Shown here piece by piece: positions 62,601 to 64,000 of a DNA stretch of 64,000 nt. Source of the stretch: Takakia lepidozioides (Eukaryota > Plantae > Bryophyta); NCBI GenBank assembly GCA_030704615.1, contig CM060734.1, positions 58,652,001-58,716,000 of the forward strand, read 5' to 3'. Both the position numbers and the translations under genes were made by a program. Within the stretch, counting starts at the first letter, position 1. Every line of letters starts with the position of its first letter. Under the pieces are notes generated by a model. The model was given only the letters and a program-made list of their open reading frames with translations, did no database searches and was not told where the DNA came from.

Positions 62601-63164
62601 CCAACCGTGTGGCCTGTGAAGATGGGCACAGGTCTCACTCACCGAGAGATTGCAATGCTGGAAGAGGCGGGTTTCTCCCTAGCCAGACATTCCATTGCAC
62701 GTGAAGGTGCTTCAAGTGGAAGCGGTTCACGGGTACCTCCGCCTGACGCTCACTTGTGGCCAACCAGACGGAACGGGAAGCTTGTTCGACGATTCCCTCC
62801 AACCGCAGAACACTACGGCAAAATTGAGTCCGCCAGAATGCTTCACACTCGTGTTGCGGGAACAATGGAAGTGCCTGATCCAGGGTATGGTCGGGTCTTC
62901 ACCATGATCTCATCCGCATCTGCGCTGCAGGACAGGACGTACGAAATCACTGTTTCCAATTTTCCCAATTGTACATGTCCAGATTTTGTTGGTATGCTTT
63001 CAAGTAGTTTGGGAAAGAGAGGGAAGTTCATACCGTGCAAACACCTTTACTTCGTCTTCTTGAGAAGGATGGTTTGTGATCCAAAGCGCGACTTCTTCAT
63101 TCACCAAGCCACTATGAGTTTCAACAAAGTCAACACACTTCTACAGCGGGATACAAGCCCATAA
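59663..63164 (+). pseudogene. MULE transposase (GCM-like Zn domain, DDE, SWIM); intron 61689-61781; two frameshifts
   Basis: DKKHDGHPW..CNGHLKC..C..CKFC..HFGFHNH; catalytic-type MFD, FMAD, CLFH and CNLAE; C-terminal SWIM CTCPDF..PCKH. Frameshifts at ~60110 and ~61547. Confidence 0.9.
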
Positions 63165-63346
63165 AAATCGGTGTTTTCCTTGACTACAACTTGTAATGGA
63201 ATGACTATTCAAGTCCAGTGACTCTCAATGTATGACGTCAAACATCTTTGCTATGTGTGGGTCAATGCATTTGTCGCATTGGTTTGTCATTCTCTTTTCA
63301 TTAGCAAACACAAGAAACTACCTTCAGATAGACAGATGATCAAATC

Positions 63347-63576
63347 AACCTCGTCTCAACACGAGGTTTACTTGAAGTTCTCCAAATCCTCCTTGTGTTG
63401 ACACAAGGATGATTTTAGTTCTCAGAAAACAACATCGTGTCAACACGAAGTTCATTTTTGTTCCAGGAAAACAACCTTGTGTTAACACGAGGTTTTGTTG
63501 AAGTTCTCCAAATCCCCCTTGTGTCGACACGAGGTTCATTTCAGTTCTACGAAATGAAGCTCCTGTTAACAGAAGG
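63347..63576. repeat. Six variant copies of the palindrome (CCTYGTGT-YR-ACACRAGG) at ~43-bp spacing downstream of the transposase
   Basis: Copies at 63347, 63390, 63431, 63473, 63517 and 63559 (degenerate). Confidence 0.88.
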
Positions 63577-64000
63577 TTGAACTCCAGAAGCCCAAAACCC
63601 TTCATCCGTTTCACCTTCATGTGGTGAAATCAGCAGTTCGGGGCTCCACGGTTATAGGCCCACCTTCTTTGTGGTGACGTGGCATGACCTGGACCAGGCT
63701 CACGCCACGTCATCATTGTGTGAGCGTACGCTCACACGCTCACGCGCCAGGCTCACGCGGTAGCGTCGTTGGGTTGATTACTAGTGATCACAGTGCTTGT
63801 CTAACTGCAGGCAACAGCTGGCCTTTGTGTTGATGAGAAGCCCTTACTCCAGGTTACTATTCTTACCTGGACTCTGTGGGATGATAGTCTTGCCATGCTG
63901 CCTTCGGGTTGGTGTGCTAGGTCACGAGGAAGCCGTTCAAGGAGAATTGTCTACTTTGCAATCTGCTATAATGATAATATATGAGGCCTCCCGAAGGAAG

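Larger units (their letters stand above)
52796..63771. mobile_element. Mutator-like (MULE) element B, ~10.98 kb, with two divergent genes
   Basis: 9-bp TSD GGTTGATTA (52787-95, 63772-80). Imperfect TIRs GGGGAATGCTTGCGCGTGAGCCTGG / (rc) CAACGACGCTACCGCGTGAGCCTGG with GTGAGC/GCTCAC subrepeats at both ends. Confidence 0.9.

Noticed and set aside
63347-63576. CRISPR-like array downstream of the transposase
   Set aside because: The repeats are degenerate, the spacers recur alternately (ttgaagttctccaaatcc twice), and no Cas- or Fanzor-like ORF is present.

Overview
Eukaryotic nuclear DNA with GT-AG introns, most likely from a non-seed land plant (many PLS/E-class PPR remnants); the species cannot be determined from this window. 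There are two apparently intact host genes: a 9-exon NIPA-type Mg2+ transporter (+, 7335-10569) and a 6-exon YqgF/RuvX-family nuclease (-, 14519-16821). The rest is a decayed PPR-gene field with segmental duplications, an exportin-7 retro-fragment, an inositol monophosphatase fragment, two LINEs and several DNA transposons (CACTA, piggyBac-like, MITEs). The most notable feature is an ~11 kb Mutator-like element (52796-63771, 9-bp TSD GGTTGATTA). It carries a GCM-like/DDE/SWIM transposase and, head-to-head with it, a multi-exon gene fusing a ParB/Srx-like (DGNHR) domain to a beta-class N6A/N4C DNA methyltransferase-like fold. About 17 copies of a ~20-bp palindrome (core GTYRAC) lie only in its introns and non-coding DNA. 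A related, deleted element (34232-40616, 8-bp TSD) carries a dense array of a different palindrome (GGAAATTCGGCGCCGAATTTCC). Together these suggest a transposon-encoded, sequence-targeted DNA-marking or anti-silencing system. This is an inference; domain calls rest on motif recognition without database searches, and both ORFs in this copy are disrupted.
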